DNA of 35,762 nucleotides, taken from the IMG/VR virus record IMGVR_UViG_3300032294_001542, positions 1 to 35,762 of that record; one strand, written 5' to 3'. This document shows, piece by piece, positions 33,378 through 35,762 of the stretch. The position numbers and the translations under genes are program-made. The notes under the pieces were generated by a model. The model did no database searches. It was given only the letters and a program-made list of their open reading frames with translations, and was not told the origin of the DNA. Position 1 is the first letter of the stretch, and the number at the start of each line of letters is the position of its first letter. The stretch is from a virus. Lineage: Duplodnaviria > Caudoviricetes.

Positions 33378-35000
33378 ATGGCGTCTCGCGTCGTCCAGAT
33401 CAGATCGCAGCCGGGCATCAAACGCGACGGCACCAAGTTCGAGGGCGACAACTACGTCGACGGGCAGTGGGTGCGCTTTCAGCGCGGGCTGCCGCGCAAG
33501 ATCGGCGGCTACCGCGCCATCAGCAAGTACCTGCGCGAAGTCAGCCGCGCGATGCACGAGTTCACGCAGAACAGCCTGACGTACGTGCACAGCGGCTCGG
33601 CCAACCTGCTCGAGCGCTTCTACATCGACAACGGCTTCAACACGTCGGTCATCACGAACCGCACGCCGTCTACGCTGGCGACCGATCCGAACAACATGTG
33701 GCAGTTCGATGCCATCGCCGCGCCGGGCCTCGGCGGCATGCAGCTCGTGGCGCAGGTCGCGCCGAACCTCAACTGCATCTGCAACAGCCTCGGCGGGCAG
33801 CTCTTCTACGGCGACCTGTTCGGCACCGCGCCGCTGCAGCCGATCACCAACCTGCCCACCGGCTACAGCGTTACAGGCGGTGTGGCTGTGCTGCACCCGT
33901 ACACGTTCATCTTCGGCAACGACGGCTACGTGGCGTGGTCCGTCGCCGGCGACCCTACCGATTTTACTAGCCTAGGCTCGGGCGCAGCCAACATCGCTTC
34001 GCAGAAGATCGTGCGCGGCGTGGCGCTGCGCGGCGGTCCGGGCAACTCGCCGTCCGGCCTGTTCTGGTCGGCCGACTCGCTGGTGCGTGCCTCGTTCGTC
34101 GGCGGCAACGCCGTGTTCCAGTTCGACACGATCAGCACGCAATCGTCGATCCTCGGCGCGAACACGGTCATCGAGTACGACGGCATCTTCTACTGGGTGG
34201 GCACCGACCGCTTTCTGATGTTCAACGGCGTCGTGCGCGAGGTGCCGAACCAGCTAAACCTGAACTACTTCTTCGACGGCCTCAACCAGTCGCAGCGCCA
34301 GAAGGTGTTCGCGATGAAGGTGCCGCGCTACGGCGAGATCTGGTGGTGCTATCCGCGCGGCGACGCCACGGAGCCGTCGCACGCCGTCATCTACAACATC
34401 CGCGAAAACACGTGGTACGACTGCGAGCTGCCCAACGGCGGCCGCAGCGCGGCCGTGTCGCCGACGGTGTTCCCGAAGCCGATCATGACCGGCATCGTGC
34501 CGAGCGTCGCGCCGGACGCCACGCGCGTCACCGAGGCGAGCGACACGCGCATCACAGAGACGGGCGGCGACGTGCGCGTCACCGAGGACAGCGGCGTGGA
34601 CCAGTACCGCCTGTGGGTGCACGAGGTCGGCGTGGACGAGATCGACGGGCTGAACATTCAGCCCGTGCTGAGCTACTTCGAGACGGCCGACCTGTCGCTG
34701 CCGGTTACGGCGCAGGAGAACAAGGCGCTGCAGGTGCTCATGGTTGAGCCTGACTTCGTGCAGAGCGGTGACATGACAATGCGCGTGACGGGTCGCGCCA
34801 ACGCCAAGGCGCCCGAGGTCACGACCGACGCGCACACGATCTACGAGACGCCGCCGACGCCGCAGGATCAGGTCGTGTACTTCAAGACGCAGCGCCGCGA
34901 ACTGCGCTTCCGCTTCGAGAGCAACACGCTCGGGGGCGACTACCAGATGGGCTTGGTGCTGGCACACGTGCAGCCCGGCGACGGCACGGTCATCGGATGA
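33378..35000 (+). CDS. Putative tail nozzle/DNA stabilisation protein (P22 gp10-like)
   Basis: PGI.RDGT, WVRF..G.P.KIGG, EIWW.YP and EPDF motifs; beta-propeller-like. Confidence 0.7.
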   Translation: MASRVVQIRSQPGIKRDGTKFEGDNYVDGQWVRFQRGLPRKIGGYRAISKYLREVSRAMHEFTQNSLTYVHSGSANLLERFYIDNGFNTSVITNRTPSTLATDPNNMWQFDAIAAPGLGGMQLVAQVAPNLNCICNSLGGQLFYGDLFGTAPLQPITNLPTGYSVTGGVAVLHPYTFIFGNDGYVAWSVAGDPTDFTSLGSGAANIASQKIVRGVALRGGPGNSPSGLFWSADSLVRASFVGGNAVFQFDTISTQSSILGANTVIEYDGIFYWVGTDRFLMFNGVVREVPNQLNLNYFFDGLNQSQRQKVFAMKVPRYGEIWWCYPRGDATEPSHAVIYNIRENTWYDCELPNGGRSAAVSPTVFPKPIMTGIVPSVAPDATRVTEASDTRITETGGDVRVTEDSGVDQYRLWVHEVGVDEIDGLNIQPVLSYFETADLSLPVTAQENKALQVLMVEPDFVQSGDMTMRVTGRANAKAPEVTTDAHTIYETPPTPQDQVVYFKTQRRELRFRFESNTLGGDYQMGLVLAHVQPGDGTVIG

Positions 35001-35230
35001 TCGACCCGCGCGGCATGGAATTGATCGATTGGGCTGATAGCGTTATATTGGCTGTTGGAGACGCATGGTCGTTTGGTCGGCTTAACGACGAGAACGACTG
35101 GCAGGATTGGGCGGTAGGATTTGTGCGCGCGTCCGACTTCACGCAGCGCGTCGTACCTGACCCGTATCAGTTCGATGACTGGCGCGAGTGGGCTATGCGG
35201 GCCTACCCGATGCTCGAAGGGACGGGTTGA
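34997..35230 (+). CDS. Small Trp-rich conserved protein
   Basis: WQDWA...PDPYQFDDWREWA; coupled at both ends. Confidence 0.75.
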   Translation: MIDPRGMELIDWADSVILAVGDAWSFGRLNDENDWQDWAVGFVRASDFTQRVVPDPYQFDDWREWAMRAYPMLEGTG

Positions 35231-35762
35231 TGGCTGACGGCGAGTTTTCCGCGTTTCGTGGCGGCGAGTACACCGGGCGTATGGGCGCTGACGGCGAGCC
35301 TGAACGTTTTGCGGACGTGCGCGGCGGTGACCCCCGCCTGCAGCAGCAGCGCGAGCTGGAGCTGTACCAGCAGCGTCTGCAGTCGCCTGTCACCCTTAGT
35401 TCGTGGATGACCGGCGCAAACAAGGACGTGCGCGGCCTCGACCCGACCGGCCAGATTGCTCTCAACCCCGGCACGCGGTACCAGATCCGCGACTACACCG
35501 GCAACCGCAGCGGCGAAGTCATTGCCTCGGGCAGCACGCCCGAGGAGTTCCTGCGCATGCAGGACATCGCCCGAGGCCTCGCCAATCAGGGCCGCTTTGC
35601 GGATTACCGCATCGAGCAGGTGGGCGGCACGCCGGCCGGCGGCCTCGCCCAGTACACCGACCCGACGACCGGCGAGGCGGTGACGCTGCTCGGCGGCGAC
35701 TTGTATAACAAGCCCGGCACTGCCGTCATCGCCGACATCGCGAAGATCGCTGCGCCCATCGC
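35230..35762 (+). CDS. Truncated ORF (MADGEFSAFRGG...), probable internal virion/ejection protein
   Basis: TGATG overlap; open to window end; position after nozzle. Confidence 0.65.
   Translation, partial: MADGEFSAFRGGEYTGRMGADGEPERFADVRGGDPRLQQQRELELYQQRLQSPVTLSSWMTGANKDVRGLDPTGQIALNPGTRYQIRDYTGNRSGEVIASGSTPEEFLRMQDIARGLANQGRFADYRIEQVGGTPAGGLAQYTDPTTGEAVTLLGGDLYNKPGTAVIADIAKIAAPI

Noticed and set aside
1-35762. tRNA, rRNA, integrase or stop-codon reassignment
   Set aside because: None recognised; genes tile densely under the standard code

Overview
A high-GC fragment of a tailed dsDNA phage genome, podovirus-like by gene order; the host is probably alphaproteobacterial (inference). Bases 1-7544 form a leftward (minus-strand) early/accessory array of about 28 tiny, tightly coupled genes. 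They are built from repeated gene-boundary blocks and carry repeated sigma70-like promoter cassettes, each with a palindromic operator-like box. One of these genes encodes a stand-alone RNA-polymerase alpha-CTD-like protein. A non-coding, palindrome- and iteron-rich segment (about 7600-7930) separates this array from the rightward virion module. That module runs: terS, an inserted early-type cassette, terL, portal, GroES-like co-chaperonin, scaffold, capsid-associated proteins, Mu-gpT-like major capsid protein, and an endonuclease-VII/HNH gene overlapping a pseudoknotted RNA element. It continues with head-fibre-like genes, a cluster of basic or low-complexity proteins sharing an xxGG motif, connector, tail fibres, tail chaperone, ferritin-like protein, adaptor, a GIY-YIG homing endonuclease, tail/nozzle proteins and a truncated probable ejection protein. 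All calls come from reading motifs by eye; family names are recalled from memory and no search was run.
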